Notes under the pieces: model-generated
Told to the model about the DNA's origin: nothing
What the model saw: only the letters and a program-made list of their open reading frames with translations
The model's database searches: none
Assembly: GCA_964590205.1 (NCBI GenBank)
Contig: CAZPVO010000003.1
Coordinates: 67,643 to 131,642 of the forward strand
Reading direction: 5' to 3'
Length of the DNA stretch: 64,000 nucleotides
Source: an uncultured Candidatus Saccharibacteria bacterium
GTDB taxonomy: Bacteria > Patescibacteriota > Saccharimonadia > Saccharimonadales > JAGQNJ01
Shown: positions 1-10,224 of the stretch, piece by piece
Position numbering within the stretch: the first letter of the stretch is position 1
Layout: every line of letters starts with the position of its first letter
Program-made: the position numbers and the translations under genes

Positions 1-879
1 ACTAATTGCGACTGGGTCCTGTTTGCCACCTTTGCTATTCAATAGTGATAGATTAATACTATAGAAACTAATCGTTCCCTGCTCCGCACGATTACCGATA
101 ACAATGGCGACTTTAATATATTCTTTTCCTGGTGCAGCTTGTGTTTCGTAATCTAGCGGTCGCACGTAGTTATGTTCAACGCCTGTGACCATGAAGCTAA
201 AACCATCGGCCATATTAACTTGCTCGTTAAGCCCGGCATTAATATCTTGGTCATGTGGGCTTTTCTCGTTATCAAAGAGTTTACTCAGGTTTAGCTTACC
301 ATCGGTACGTTTTTCGGTTTCCGGCTTACTGGCTTCAACTGCCTTTTTTATTTGCTCTTTCCGTGCTTTATCCTGATTAGCTGCAAAACCGTATTTTGCT
401 TTCCTAACTTGAAAGACATGAAACGCACCGTAGCTGCAGACCAAAATCGCGATTACCGTTAAAACAATTGTCGCAATTTTGAGACCTTTACTTCGCGGGT
501 GCTGCCCATACGCTGGCGCAGCAGCAGGACCACCCACTGGTGCTGGTGGGACTGGCTGTCCTGGCATTGGTGACTGAGGTGCCATCGGTTGCTGGGGCAT
601 CACCTGAGCTGGAGCCATTGGTTGTGCCATCGGCATTTGTTGAGCAACAGGCTGCTGGGGCATTGCCATGGCTGGCTGCATAGGTTGTGGTTGCTGGGGG
701 GCAGCCGTCTGTGGCTGAGCCATCGGTTGCTGTGCAACTGGTTGAACTGGCTGCATTGGCGCCTGACTAGCTGCAGGTTGCATTTGTGGTGGGACGACCG
801 TTGGCTGCGTGGTAACTGCTGGCTGAACTGGCTGATTAGGCACCGGCGCAGGATTATTTTGAGGTGTATTTGGGTCCAT
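1..879 (-). CDS. Pro/Gln-rich single-pass membrane protein with DUF4352-like extracellular domain (partial, runs off window start)
   Basis: Not in the ORF track because it has no stop in the window. Manual translation from ATG at 879: MDPNTPQNNPAPVP...(P/Q/M-rich)...RSKGLKIATIVLTVIAILVCSYGAF (TM)...FSFMVTGV...APGKEYIKVAIVIGN, which resembles the DUF4352 pattern. Confidence 0.75.
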   Translation of the reverse strand, partial: MDPNTPQNNPAPVPNQPVQPAVTTQPTVVPPQMQPAASQAPMQPVQPVAQQPMAQPQTAAPQQPQPMQPAMAMPQQPVAQQMPMAQPMAPAQVMPQQPMAPQSPMPGQPVPPAPVGGPAAAPAYGQHPRSKGLKIATIVLTVIAILVCSYGAFHVFQVRKAKYGFAANQDKARKEQIKKAVEASKPETEKRTDGKLNLSKLFDNEKSPHDQDINAGLNEQVNMADGFSFMVTGVEHNYVRPLDYETQAAPGKEYIKVAIVIGNRAEQGTISFYSINLSLLNSKGGKQDPVAIS

Positions 880-935
880 TGTTTATTAACTCTTAGGCTT
901 AAGTGTAATAAAGAAGCTTCTCAAGCACAAGCGTT

Positions 936-1817
936 TTAGTTGTTGAGCTGTACCTCAAAATTATTGGTCATAGCATCCCAAGCTGGCGTATTTTCATCCC
1001 AAACTTTATCGATTGCGTATATCCCTAGCGACTCCAAAGCTTTTTTATTAATATAAGATATTCGGCGTCCTTTTATCGTGATACCGTCTTTGTTCTTATA
1101 TTGAAAATCAAAAACTAATTTGCCACCTTGATCTTTGCTGCTTAGGTCTTCTCGGGTTTGGGTCTGTACATCTGTTGCGTTGTCTTTTTCGAGGGCTTTC
1201 TTATTTATTTGCCCAAAATAGTCAGTTATATCTTTGTTGCTATCTGAGGCAAGAAAAGAGTAACAATCGCATGTACTGGCCGTAAAAGTCACGCTGCTCT
1301 CCCAGCCGTCTTTAGTTTTTAAGGCCTGCCCTGGTTTTGCATTTTGCCGGAATATAACTGTATCAGGGTCATTTTGCACTTGTACCATATTGACCGGATA
1401 CTTAAAGCTAAAGTTGCCTGCCGCCGGTGGTTTGTCTGGTTTGTAGGTTCCAAAACGAGTGTAGTTACCGGAGTATTGTTTAGGTTTTTTGCCAACAACT
1501 GCGACAGTCGCAATGATAACTATCAGTAAGACGAATCCTACGACACCAAGTGTAATCCAAAGCCAGGTTTTCTTTTTAGCAGGAGAAGCAATTGGTGGCT
1601 GTAATGGTGGGATCGGCTGTCCTGGTGGCATTACTGGTTGAGGTGGCACAGGCGGTTGCGGAACCGGCCCTGAACCTGGGACGGGTTGAGGTGCAACTGG
1701 TGGTGGAACTGGCTGGGGTGCCGGCGCGGGTGGTACCGGGTTTTGAGGTACTGCTGATGATGGCGGAGATGGTATTGGATTTGGTGCCGGAACCGGTGGT
1801 TGAGTATTCGGAGGCAT
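936..1817 (-). CDS. Pro-rich single-pass membrane protein with PsbP/DcrB-like extracellular domain
   Basis: ~80-aa Pro-rich N-terminus, KKK then TM (TWLWITLGVVGFVLLIVIIATVAVV), FSFKYP motif and terminal helix-strand typical of the PsbP-like fold. Confidence 0.7.
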   Translation of the reverse strand: MPPNTQPPVPAPNPIPSPPSSAVPQNPVPPAPAPQPVPPPVAPQPVPGSGPVPQPPVPPQPVMPPGQPIPPLQPPIASPAKKKTWLWITLGVVGFVLLIVIIATVAVVGKKPKQYSGNYTRFGTYKPDKPPAAGNFSFKYPVNMVQVQNDPDTVIFRQNAKPGQALKTKDGWESSVTFTASTCDCYSFLASDSNKDITDYFGQINKKALEKDNATDVQTQTREDLSSKDQGGKLVFDFQYKNKDGITIKGRRISYINKKALESLGIYAIDKVWDENTPAWDAMTNNFEVQLNN

Positions 1818-1840
1818 GCCCCTACTTTACCATAAGCGTT

Positions 1841-2929
1841 TTATTCTTGTCCGATTGTATGCTCTAAATACGCCTTTATAAAACCGTCTAAATCGCCGTC
1901 GAGTACTTTATCCGGATCTTTTGATTCATGTTTTGTACGCAAATCTTTTACTTGCTTATACGGATGAAGCACATATGAGCGAATTTGATTTCCCCACTCC
2001 GCCGATTGGTTTGGGCCTTTAATTTCAGCAAGTTTTTCTTTATGTTGCTCCAACTGCAGCTGCGCCAATCGAGAACGTAAAATAGTCATGGCTGTTTCTT
2101 TATTCTGCAGTTGCGATCTCTCGTTCTGAATTGTCACTGTAATATTTGTTGGCAAATGTGTAATGCGCACTGCTGAATCCGTTGTATTAACTGATTGCCC
2201 GCCGTGACCGCCGCTGCGGAATACATCAACTTTTAGATCCTTGTCATCTAGCTCCAACTCATCCGGTTTATCAATAACTGGCAAAACTTCAACCTTGGCA
2301 AAACTGGTTTGGCGCAAATTATCAGCATTAAACGGACTGAGTCGAACGAGCCTGTGAACACCATGCTCACCTTTCAACTTGCCGTACACAAATGGACCTT
2401 CAAGCTCTAACGTGGCACTTTTAATACCAGCTTCTTCACCGCTCGATTGCTCGATAACTTGGCTATTCACATTGTGCGCTTCAGCCCAACGCACATACAT
2501 GCGCATGAGCATCTGTGTCCAGTCCTGTGCGTCAGTGCCACCAGCCCCGGCATGTATCTGTAAAATGACATTGTGGTCATCGTACTGACCACTGAACTGC
2601 AATTCAGTTTTCAAGTTGTCAAAATCCTTCTCAAGCTGAGTAAGTTGTTTGTTCAAATCCTCATGCAGTTCCAGGTCACCAAGTTCTGTGAGTTCCTGCA
2701 GATCAGCGATGCTTTTTTGCAGCTCATGCCATGGCTTAATGCGTGCTTGCAAGTCGGCCAGCTGTTTAGTGGTCTTGGCGGCCGTCTGATTATCATTCCA
2801 AAAGTCCGGTGCGTTCATTGAGGCGCCGAGTTTGTCGGCTTCAGCCTGCAATTTAGCAATGCCAATTTGCTTACAAGCAGCATCGACTGCTTCTACGAGT
2901 AGATTCACCTTTTTATCAAGCTCAACCAT
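1841..2929 (-). CDS. prfB: Peptide chain release factor 2
   Basis: GGQ motif ([17 protein letters not shown]), SPF tripeptide (VRLSPFN), WGNQIRSY. Confidence 0.97.
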   Translation of the reverse strand: MVELDKKVNLLVEAVDAACKQIGIAKLQAEADKLGASMNAPDFWNDNQTAAKTTKQLADLQARIKPWHELQKSIADLQELTELGDLELHEDLNKQLTQLEKDFDNLKTELQFSGQYDDHNVILQIHAGAGGTDAQDWTQMLMRMYVRWAEAHNVNSQVIEQSSGEEAGIKSATLELEGPFVYGKLKGEHGVHRLVRLSPFNADNLRQTSFAKVEVLPVIDKPDELELDDKDLKVDVFRSGGHGGQSVNTTDSAVRITHLPTNITVTIQNERSQLQNKETAMTILRSRLAQLQLEQHKEKLAEIKGPNQSAEWGNQIRSYVLHPYKQVKDLRTKHESKDPDKVLDGDLDGFIKAYLEHTIGQE

Positions 2930-2958
2930 GTCTTTAGATTATACACGCAGTAAGTGAA

Positions 2959-3483
2959 CTACTTAGCAAGTGCTTTGATGACGATTACAATGATCGCAAG
3001 CAGAGCTAACACACCGAAGGCAACAAAAATTATGCCAATCAGTTTTTTATGACCGCCACCTCCGCCAGAATGCTGTGAAGCATCAGGAATATTAGCAAGT
3101 GATGGTGTTTCTAGGGGATTTGCCCCAGTAGCTGGCGTTGGTGACATGCCAGAATTAGGTGGTAATGGCTGCGATTGAGTATCCATATTTGGCATAGGCG
3201 CAGGTGGTTGCTGGTCTGGAAATGCAGAAGCTGGCGGCATTTGCGGCATTGGTTGCTGTGGCATTGGCGGTTGCTGAGCCCCTGCCAACATTGGATCACC
3301 ACCAAGCGTGTCTACTGGCGGACTTTGAGCTGGAAAAGCTGGATTGGGTGGTAGCGGTGATGGTGCAGGTTGTGATGGCAATGGATCAGGCATTGGTGGA
3401 ATTGCTGGTGGCATTGGATTCGACGGCAACGGCTCTGGCGCTGGTGGCACAGGCGGTTGATTTTGTGGCTGCATTGGGTCCAT
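2959..3483 (-). CDS. Pro/Gln-rich disordered protein with C-terminal TM anchor
   Basis: ~145 aa P/Q/M-rich, then GGGGGHKK and a hydrophobic helix; GGAGG SD and TTGCCA-18-TACACT promoter upstream. Confidence 0.7.
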   Translation of the reverse strand: MDPMQPQNQPPVPPAPEPLPSNPMPPAIPPMPDPLPSQPAPSPLPPNPAFPAQSPPVDTLGGDPMLAGAQQPPMPQQPMPQMPPASAFPDQQPPAPMPNMDTQSQPLPPNSGMSPTPATGANPLETPSLANIPDASQHSGGGGGHKKLIGIIFVAFGVLALLAIIVIVIKALAK

Positions 3484-3560
3484 TAAATGATTATCCCTCC
3501 TGAAATTCTTTCACTTAAGTGTACTACCCCTCTTATGCTTTTGGCAACTCCCCAGGAAAG

Positions 3561-4850
3561 TTATTCCTGCCAGAGCTGTGAGAGCTGTTTATCGGCTTCA
3601 CGCGTAAATTCTTCACCACAACTACCAAGCACACCAAAACCGCCCAAGTTTTCATCAAACATTTCATTGGTGATATCGATCACCTCTTGCTTGCTGACAG
3701 TTTCGATACGCTCCGGAACTTTATAATAATCTTCGATTACTTCGTCAAAGAAAAAGCGTCCGGCATAGCCCCCAGCTGTTCCGCCGACTGTTTGAGCACT
3801 GCGTTGATAACGGCCCAGCGCATACTGCTTGGCGGCCTCAAAATCACCCGTGCCCAGTCCGCCTTGGCTCAAGGTTTTAATTTCTTTAATCATAATGTCA
3901 AGTAGTGGTCGAACATTTTTTGGCATAACTTGAGCGCCGAACCACCAGTTACTACTGGCAGCTGCCTGCCCATAATTTGAGCTCATTCCATAAACCAGTC
4001 CCTTCTCACGCGCTGTGCCAAAAATTTTGGAATGCATTGTTTCTGTGAGTAAAATATTGGCCAAGCTCAAGGCATCAACCTCTGTATCACGCATACGGCG
4101 ATTCATAAATGTGTCGGCATAAAAATACAAATTCTCAATGGTGTCGTTCTGAATGTACAATGGTTTTTTCAAGCTTTTGAGTTTTTCATCTGGCAAAGGT
4201 CGGCGACCGCCTGCCTTCGGCAAGTTTAAATTCTCGAGCAATTTTTTTATTGCATTTCGTCGAGCAGCGTTCAAATTGCCGCCGATCACAAAGCGCAAAT
4301 TATCACTGGTGTGCGTTGATTTATAATGCGTCTGGACGTCTTCAACTGTAACATTCTCCATTTTTTGGAGTCGTTCTTGGTCGGTCATAACTTTGAAGCC
4401 ATATCTTTCACGCAAATTGAGACTCAGTGTTCGGAAATGATTATTTGATCGTGCCGTCAGTTCTTCACGCACATTACCGAACTCGGCCTTGAATTCTTCT
4501 GGTAAGAATAGTGGTTGCGTAATGGCAACAAACAACAATCCTAAAATCCGATCCCATTCAAAATCAGCACATTCAGCTTCATAAGTAATGTCGTAAGTTC
4601 CGGTTGAAGCATTGGCATAAGCACCATTTTTTTCAACTTCGGCAATAAAATCTCGTGCCTTTGGATAGAGCTCATTGGCACCAAGCAAAATATGCTCCAT
4701 CAGATGCGGTGTCTCCCATTTGTCGCGCTTAACTAAGTACTCGCCAGCACGAAAATTAAGATCAAAAGTCATAACACTGGCACCAGGTATGTGAATCAGT
4801 AGGCCTTTGGCACCATTTTTTAGATCCAATTCAAATACTGTGTGTCGCAT
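3561..4850 (-). CDS. M16 (insulinase/pitrilysin) family zinc peptidase
   Basis: Inverted zinc motif HxxEH (HLMEH), NAST motif, REKGLVY C-terminal motif. Confidence 0.9.
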   Translation of the reverse strand: MRHTVFELDLKNGAKGLLIHIPGASVMTFDLNFRAGEYLVKRDKWETPHLMEHILLGANELYPKARDFIAEVEKNGAYANASTGTYDITYEAECADFEWDRILGLLFVAITQPLFLPEEFKAEFGNVREELTARSNNHFRTLSLNLRERYGFKVMTDQERLQKMENVTVEDVQTHYKSTHTSDNLRFVIGGNLNAARRNAIKKLLENLNLPKAGGRRPLPDEKLKSLKKPLYIQNDTIENLYFYADTFMNRRMRDTEVDALSLANILLTETMHSKIFGTAREKGLVYGMSSNYGQAAASSNWWFGAQVMPKNVRPLLDIMIKEIKTLSQGGLGTGDFEAAKQYALGRYQRSAQTVGGTAGGYAGRFFFDEVIEDYYKVPERIETVSKQEVIDITNEMFDENLGGFGVLGSCGEEFTREADKQLSQLWQE

Positions 4851-4862
4851 ATTTTAGTTGAC

Positions 4863-7496
4863 CTATTTACGTCCTTTTGCGCGCCGTTTACGCTCGGCTT
4901 TTCGAGCTTTCTTGCGCTGCTGCGTTGAAGTCACCTTCTTAGTTGCTGACGGAGTATTTAAAATGTTCTGGCCAGCGCTGTTTTGTGTCGCTGGCGTAAA
5001 GTCAGTTTCTTCGAATTCGTCAGCTTCGATAATACGATCTGCGTTATCAACTGAACCGCGGGCTGCTCGAGTTAATTCAGTTTCAGCGGGCTGATCCAGC
5101 TCGCTCTCACTTACTGGACGAGCATTGAACAAAGCTTTAACTACTTCGTGTCGCAGAGTCGCTTGCATGTCATCGAACAAAATCTGGCTTTGACGACGAT
5201 ACTCCACTAACGGATCACGCTGACCAACGCTAATCCAGTGAATTCCTTCACGCAAATGATCCATATTTTCAAGGTGTTGCATCCACAAATTATCGAGTGC
5301 CTGCAGGTAAACATCCCGCTCAATTTTGCGCATAATGTCGGTTCCGAAAGCTTGTTCTTGCTTGGCGTATAATTTGCCAGCATCTTTTTTAAGACGAGCA
5401 CCGAACTTATCTGCATCGGCATCGAACAGTTTGTCGAGCTCTTTATCACTAAATGGAAAAACATGTGTCACCATATTTTCGAAGTCATCAGAGTGAATTT
5501 TTGGAGAATGGGCGAGCACATTTGCTTCTTCATCAACCAATGCTTTGATACGAGATTGAATATCTGCTTCTGTTAAAATCTTGCGTCGAACAGCATAAAT
5601 GGCTTTGCGATGGCGGTTCATGACATCGTCATACTGCACAACGTTCTTTCGTTGATCGAAGTTAAAGCCTTCAACCTTCTTCTGGGCTGCCTCAAGACTG
5701 CGCGAAATAATACGATTTTCGATTGGCGTTTCATCGTCCACTTTCATGCGATCCATCATTGATGAAATTCGATCACCACCAAAAATACGCATCAAATCAT
5801 CTTCACAAGATACAAAGAACTGACTAACGCCTGGATCACCTTGTCGGCCAGCACGACCTCGTAGCTGGTTGTCAATTCGGCGTGACTCGTGTCGTTCACT
5901 TCCTAAAATAAACAAGCCGCCAAGTTTTTTGGCTTCTTTATCGAGTACAATGTCAGTTCCACGACCAGCAATGTTGGTAGCCAACGTCACGGCACCTTTT
6001 TGGCCGGCCTTGGCCACAATACTTGCTTCTTTTTCATTGTTTTTTGCGTTCAAAACCTGGTGCGGCACGCCAGCTTTTTTGAGCATGTTGCTCAACAGCT
6101 CGTTCTTTTCAATCGAAACGGTACCAATCAAAACCGGCTGACCCTTGCGGTGTAACATCTTTAATTCTTTAACGATCGCTTTGAATTTGCCGGCTTCGGT
6201 CTTGTAAATACGATCAGCTCGGTCGTCACGAACAACCTTTTTGTTCGATGGAATTTGTAAAACGTCCAATTTATAAATTTGGTGAAACTCTTCGCTCTCG
6301 GTTTCGGCCGTACCGGTCATACCCGCCAGTTTTTCGTACAAACGGAAGTAGTTCTGGAAAGAAATCGTGGCAAGTGTCATTGATTCTTCTTGTACTGGCA
6401 CACCTTCTTTAGCCTCGATTGCCTGGTGCAGACCTTCGTTATAGCGTCGGCCGCGGAGCAAACGTCCAGTAAACTCATCGACAATCACCACTTCGCCGTC
6501 TTTAGTAACCACATAATCTTTATCGCGCTTAAATAATGCCTCAGCTTTTAGAGATTGCTCTAAGTGATAAATGTTTCGGATGTTTTCAGTGGCATACAAA
6601 CTCTCAATACCAAGGGCTTTTTCGACCGCCTCCACGCCTTCATCAGTCAGCACAACGGCTCGACGTTTTTCATCAATCTCATAGTGTTTCTCGCCATTGA
6701 GTCGCCTTGCAACTTTGGAAAATTGTTCATAGGCAGTCGCACTGGCTGCGGCTGGTGCCGAAATAATCAGCGGTGTGCGAGCTTCGTCAATGAGAATCGA
6801 GTCAACTTCGTCGACAATGGCATAATGCAGCTCTCTCTGACGCAGCTGGTCTTCTTCGCGGACCATGTTATCACGCAGATAATCAAAACCGAATTCATTA
6901 TTTGTACCGTAAGTAATATCTGCGTTGTAAGCTTCCTGACGAGTTGCCGGTCTGAGGTGTTTAAGCCGTGGATCGTCATGTTTTTTGTTCTCAAACTTCG
7001 TGTCATAAATAAATGATTCATCTGGAATAATCACACCGACACTTAAACCTAAGAAGTCATAGACTGGTGCCATCCAGCCAGCATCACGCTGTGCCAGGTA
7101 GTCATTAACAGTGACCAAATGAGCGCCTTTGCCAGTTAATGCATTTAAAGACAGTGGTAGTGTAGCAACCAAAGTTTTACCTTCACCGGTTTTCATCTCA
7201 CTCACGTTACCTTCATGCAGCGCCATTCCACCAACAAGCTGCACATCAAAATGTCGCATTTTGATTGTTCGATCGGCTGCTTCACGCACCAGCGCAAAGG
7301 CATCAGGCAAAATTTTATCGAGCGACTCCCCTTTTTCAAGCCGTTTTTTTAGCTCACCGGTCTGCTCCTTGAGCTTCTTATCGGACATTTTTTTATACTT
7401 ATCAGACAGCGCGTTAATATCTTTAACTCGCTTCTGCATACTTTTAACTGTTCGGGCTTGGGGATCTCCCAATAACTTCTTAAATACTTTTTTCAT
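4863..7496 (-). CDS. secA: Preprotein translocase ATPase SecA
   Basis: MKTGEGKT, DEVDSILIDEARTPLIIS, ATNIAGRGTDI, QLRGRAGRQGDPG; basic C-tail with no SEC-C Zn motif. Confidence 0.98.
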   Translation of the reverse strand: MKKVFKKLLGDPQARTVKSMQKRVKDINALSDKYKKMSDKKLKEQTGELKKRLEKGESLDKILPDAFALVREAADRTIKMRHFDVQLVGGMALHEGNVSEMKTGEGKTLVATLPLSLNALTGKGAHLVTVNDYLAQRDAGWMAPVYDFLGLSVGVIIPDESFIYDTKFENKKHDDPRLKHLRPATRQEAYNADITYGTNNEFGFDYLRDNMVREEDQLRQRELHYAIVDEVDSILIDEARTPLIISAPAAASATAYEQFSKVARRLNGEKHYEIDEKRRAVVLTDEGVEAVEKALGIESLYATENIRNIYHLEQSLKAEALFKRDKDYVVTKDGEVVIVDEFTGRLLRGRRYNEGLHQAIEAKEGVPVQEESMTLATISFQNYFRLYEKLAGMTGTAETESEEFHQIYKLDVLQIPSNKKVVRDDRADRIYKTEAGKFKAIVKELKMLHRKGQPVLIGTVSIEKNELLSNMLKKAGVPHQVLNAKNNEKEASIVAKAGQKGAVTLATNIAGRGTDIVLDKEAKKLGGLFILGSERHESRRIDNQLRGRAGRQGDPGVSQFFVSCEDDLMRIFGGDRISSMMDRMKVDDETPIENRIISRSLEAAQKKVEGFNFDQRKNVVQYDDVMNRHRKAIYAVRRKILTEADIQSRIKALVDEEANVLAHSPKIHSDDFENMVTHVFPFSDKELDKLFDADADKFGARLKKDAGKLYAKQEQAFGTDIMRKIERDVYLQALDNLWMQHLENMDHLREGIHWISVGQRDPLVEYRRQSQILFDDMQATLRHEVVKALFNARPVSESELDQPAETELTRAARGSVDNADRIIEADEFEETDFTPATQNSAGQNILNTPSATKKVTSTQQRKKARKAERKRRAKGRK

Positions 7497-7558
7497 AATT
7501 CAAATAGTTAGTCGTAAACTCCAAACATTAATCACAGGTCGCGTTCTATTGTAACCTG

Positions 7559-7924
7559 TTAAACTACTTTGCGCGAGCGTATTTTAAGCAACAAACGCCT
7601 TGGCACACGTGACATGCCATTTTTATCTTTATAACGCCTGATTTGATTCTTTAGCTTAGTCTCAACAATGTCGACAGCGGCGAACATATTCAGTGTCGTT
7701 TCTTTGACCATTAAATTTTCGTGCGGTAAGTGCAGAATAACTTCGCAGGTACATTCTTTCTTATTTTTTATTTTGGATTCTTTGAGCTGTACCTCGACAT
7801 GTGCCGAAGCTCGTGCCTTTTTTGGCAAATAACGGTCCATGTGGCCAATTTTTTTAGTGACATATTTTTTGAGTTCATCACTGACAGTGGTATGAACACC
7901 ACTGATTTCCATTTTTGCGATCAT
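7559..7924 (-). CDS. hpf: Ribosome hibernation factor HPF/RaiA (short form)
   Basis: EISGVH..VSDELKKYV.KKI and MFAAVD.VE.KL..QIRRYK pattern; usual position upstream of secA. Confidence 0.9.
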   Translation of the reverse strand: MIAKMEISGVHTTVSDELKKYVTKKIGHMDRYLPKKARASAHVEVQLKESKIKNKKECTCEVILHLPHENLMVKETTLNMFAAVDIVETKLKNQIRRYKDKNGMSRVPRRLLLKIRSRKVV

Positions 7925-9216
7925 ATCTCTTCCCTCCCACCCATATATTTTTGAAGTACTTTTGGAATTTTTACATTACCGTCTTTATCCTGGAAGTTCT
8001 CAATAATCGCAATCAGCGGACGCTCCGAAAAAACTGTGGCATCATTGGTGTGTGCCGGCTCGCTTTTACCGTTCTCGAGCCGAACTTTTGTATGCATACT
8101 GCGAGCTTGATAATCGGTGATGTAATCAGCAGTGTGCGTTTCACGGTATTTATTTTGGCCAGGCAGCCAAACCTCGATATCTACACCTTTGGCATTTGGA
8201 AAACCAATATCAGCTGTACACTTTTCAAGCACTTGGTATGGCAGTTCTAGCTGCTGCATCAAATATTCTTGAATAGCAACCTGGAATAAATGCTCATCTA
8301 GCGACGTTTCAGGAGTGGTGAAACTTTCCATTTCAAGTTTATTAAACTGATGGAGCCGCAAAATGCCCTCCATGTCTTTACCGTACGTCCCAGCTTCACG
8401 GCGAAAGGCTGTGGTGTAACCAGCAAACCTTAGCGGAAGGTCTTTGGCGTCCAAGGTTTCATTCAAATACATTGGCGCCATCGTATGTTCAGCACTCGCA
8501 TTCAACCATAAATCTTCATCCTCAATTTTGTAGGTTTGCTCTTCTTTATTAAGTCGACCTGTTGCTTCAAAAACAGACTTTTTAGCGACAGCTGGTGGAA
8601 TAACGGGAATAAAGGGCTTTGCACTAACTTTCAAATGGTTCTCATCGATAATTTTTTGCAACGTTTTCTCATCGCTCACTACATTCATGCCAAACTGCCA
8701 GAGTGCCATCTCAAACAACACAATGTCACCTTTCAAATACACAAATCGTGCACCGGCAACTTTGGCTGCACGTTCCTTATCAATCCAGCCCTTCGCCTGG
8801 GCAATTTCCCAGTGATTTTTAGGTTTAAAATCAAACTTCGTCTTTTCACCCACTGTTTTGGCCACGACATTTTCATCTTCTGATTTACCGACTGGCACTG
8901 TTTCAAGCGGCATATTTGGAACTTGTTTAAGCTCAGTGTGAAATTTTTCCTCAAGTGGTTCGAGCTTTTTTTCAAGCTCCGCAATATCAGTTTTTAATTT
9001 TTTGCCTTCCGCTAGTTGCGCTTCACTTGGCTTACCCTGCTTTAAGCCGGCGGCGTGCTCGTTGCGTTTTTGGCGCAAATTCTCGAGCTTAGCCAACACA
9101 TCCCGGCGCTGTTCATCAACTTCTAAAAGCCCTTTGGTGTCGACTGTGTAGCCTTTTTGTTTGGACTTTTTCTCAACTAACTCAGCATTATCACGAATAA
9201 ACTGAATATCTAACAT
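7921..9216 (-). CDS. serS: Serine--tRNA ligase
   Basis: MLDIQFIRDN start, coiled-coil arm, FRREAGTYGKD..GILRLHQF.KLE, IIENFQ. Confidence 0.97.
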   Translation of the reverse strand: MLDIQFIRDNAELVEKKSKQKGYTVDTKGLLEVDEQRRDVLAKLENLRQKRNEHAAGLKQGKPSEAQLAEGKKLKTDIAELEKKLEPLEEKFHTELKQVPNMPLETVPVGKSEDENVVAKTVGEKTKFDFKPKNHWEIAQAKGWIDKERAAKVAGARFVYLKGDIVLFEMALWQFGMNVVSDEKTLQKIIDENHLKVSAKPFIPVIPPAVAKKSVFEATGRLNKEEQTYKIEDEDLWLNASAEHTMAPMYLNETLDAKDLPLRFAGYTTAFRREAGTYGKDMEGILRLHQFNKLEMESFTTPETSLDEHLFQVAIQEYLMQQLELPYQVLEKCTADIGFPNAKGVDIEVWLPGQNKYRETHTADYITDYQARSMHTKVRLENGKSEPAHTNDATVFSERPLIAIIENFQDKDGNVKIPKVLQKYMGGREEI

Positions 9217-9234
9217 GGTAACTATTATAGCAGT

Positions 9235-10224
9235 CTATCGGCTGGCTTGGCTGCCGAATATTACAAATACGATGAATAGGGCTAATAATGCCCAAACAAT
9301 GATTGTAAGGATACGCGTCCTGCGCTTTATAACATTGTTAAAATATGCATTCGTCGTTTGAGTCATGTCAATCGCTGCAGGCTTGGCGACGTACTGCAAA
9401 CTTGTAGCTCGATGATCAAGCTCATCGGACAATGCTTCGACTGATTCAAAGAGTTTTGATAGTGCGTTAGCCGAGCGTTCATCGTGACTGGTCATAAAAT
9501 AAATGTAAGGACCGGCGATCTCAATGTCCTGCGCCAAATTTGAATTAATCAGCGTTTGCATAACGTCTGGTGTAATAATGCTCAGCGCATCAATGTTTTC
9601 ACCCTTTTCACAATACAGGGAGAAGTACTTATTAAAGTTGCCTTCCAGTTTGATTTTTTCTTGAGGTATGTTGGCCCTAAAACTAATGTTATAACCATAA
9701 ATTGCCGCGCTTTGCTTACTGTCTAGAATCATATGAGGAAAAGCTTTACTCAGCTCAACTCGGGCAATCGTGTAGTTATGTTCCTGCTGCGAGCGTCCAC
9801 TGCCAGTCGTGAAGTGATACATATATACATCGCATTTATGCCCAGCGATGTCAGCATGGACAACTGTCCCAAGTTTTTGGTTACTACCAATATCAAAAAT
9901 CGCTGGGGGGATTTGAGCAATTGTTGCACTTGAGCCTTCTGTAGACTGCCAGCCATTAGCCGTCGCAAAATCGGCCCAAATTTTATCTCGATAGGCACTA
10001 ACTTTCCGTCGCAAATAAATAAGGACAATAATAAACAGGGTGAAGCCAAAAGGTAGGAGCGCAAAAGGGTCCCTTTCTGCCACGGACACCTCAAGAATTA
10101 TAATAATGATGGCCGCAAAAAGTATAGCAGCCGGACTTTTCAGCTGCTGCTTAAACACTGCTGGCCAAGCATTATTAGCTTTCTCGGCACTCAGCGCGTC
10201 ATATTTTATATCTTGCAGTTTCAT
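9235..10224 (-). CDS. Hypothetical membrane protein (2 N-terminal TMs, soluble domain, C-terminal TM; DUF3137-like)
   Basis: Hydrophobic segments; LEGNFNKYF.LY and ITPDVMQ.L motifs. Confidence 0.6.
   Translation of the reverse strand: MKLQDIKYDALSAEKANNAWPAVFKQQLKSPAAILFAAIIIIILEVSVAERDPFALLPFGFTLFIIVLIYLRRKVSAYRDKIWADFATANGWQSTEGSSATIAQIPPAIFDIGSNQKLGTVVHADIAGHKCDVYMYHFTTGSGRSQQEHNYTIARVELSKAFPHMILDSKQSAAIYGYNISFRANIPQEKIKLEGNFNKYFSLYCEKGENIDALSIITPDVMQTLINSNLAQDIEIAGPYIYFMTSHDERSANALSKLFESVEALSDELDHRATSLQYVAKPAAIDMTQTTNAYFNNVIKRRTRILTIIVWALLALFIVFVIFGSQASR

Noticed and set aside
589-939. 116-aa His/Trp/Leu-rich + strand ORF (and similar ORFs at 1592-1867, 3204-3503, 60988-61452)
   Set aside because: Antisense shadows of low-complexity Pro/Gln- or Glu-rich genes on the minus strand.
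7510-7528. Tiny uORF MFGVYD and ACAGGT/ACCTGT inverted repeat upstream of secA (SecM-like control?)
   Set aside because: Six codons, no signal sequence or arrest motif; expected by chance.
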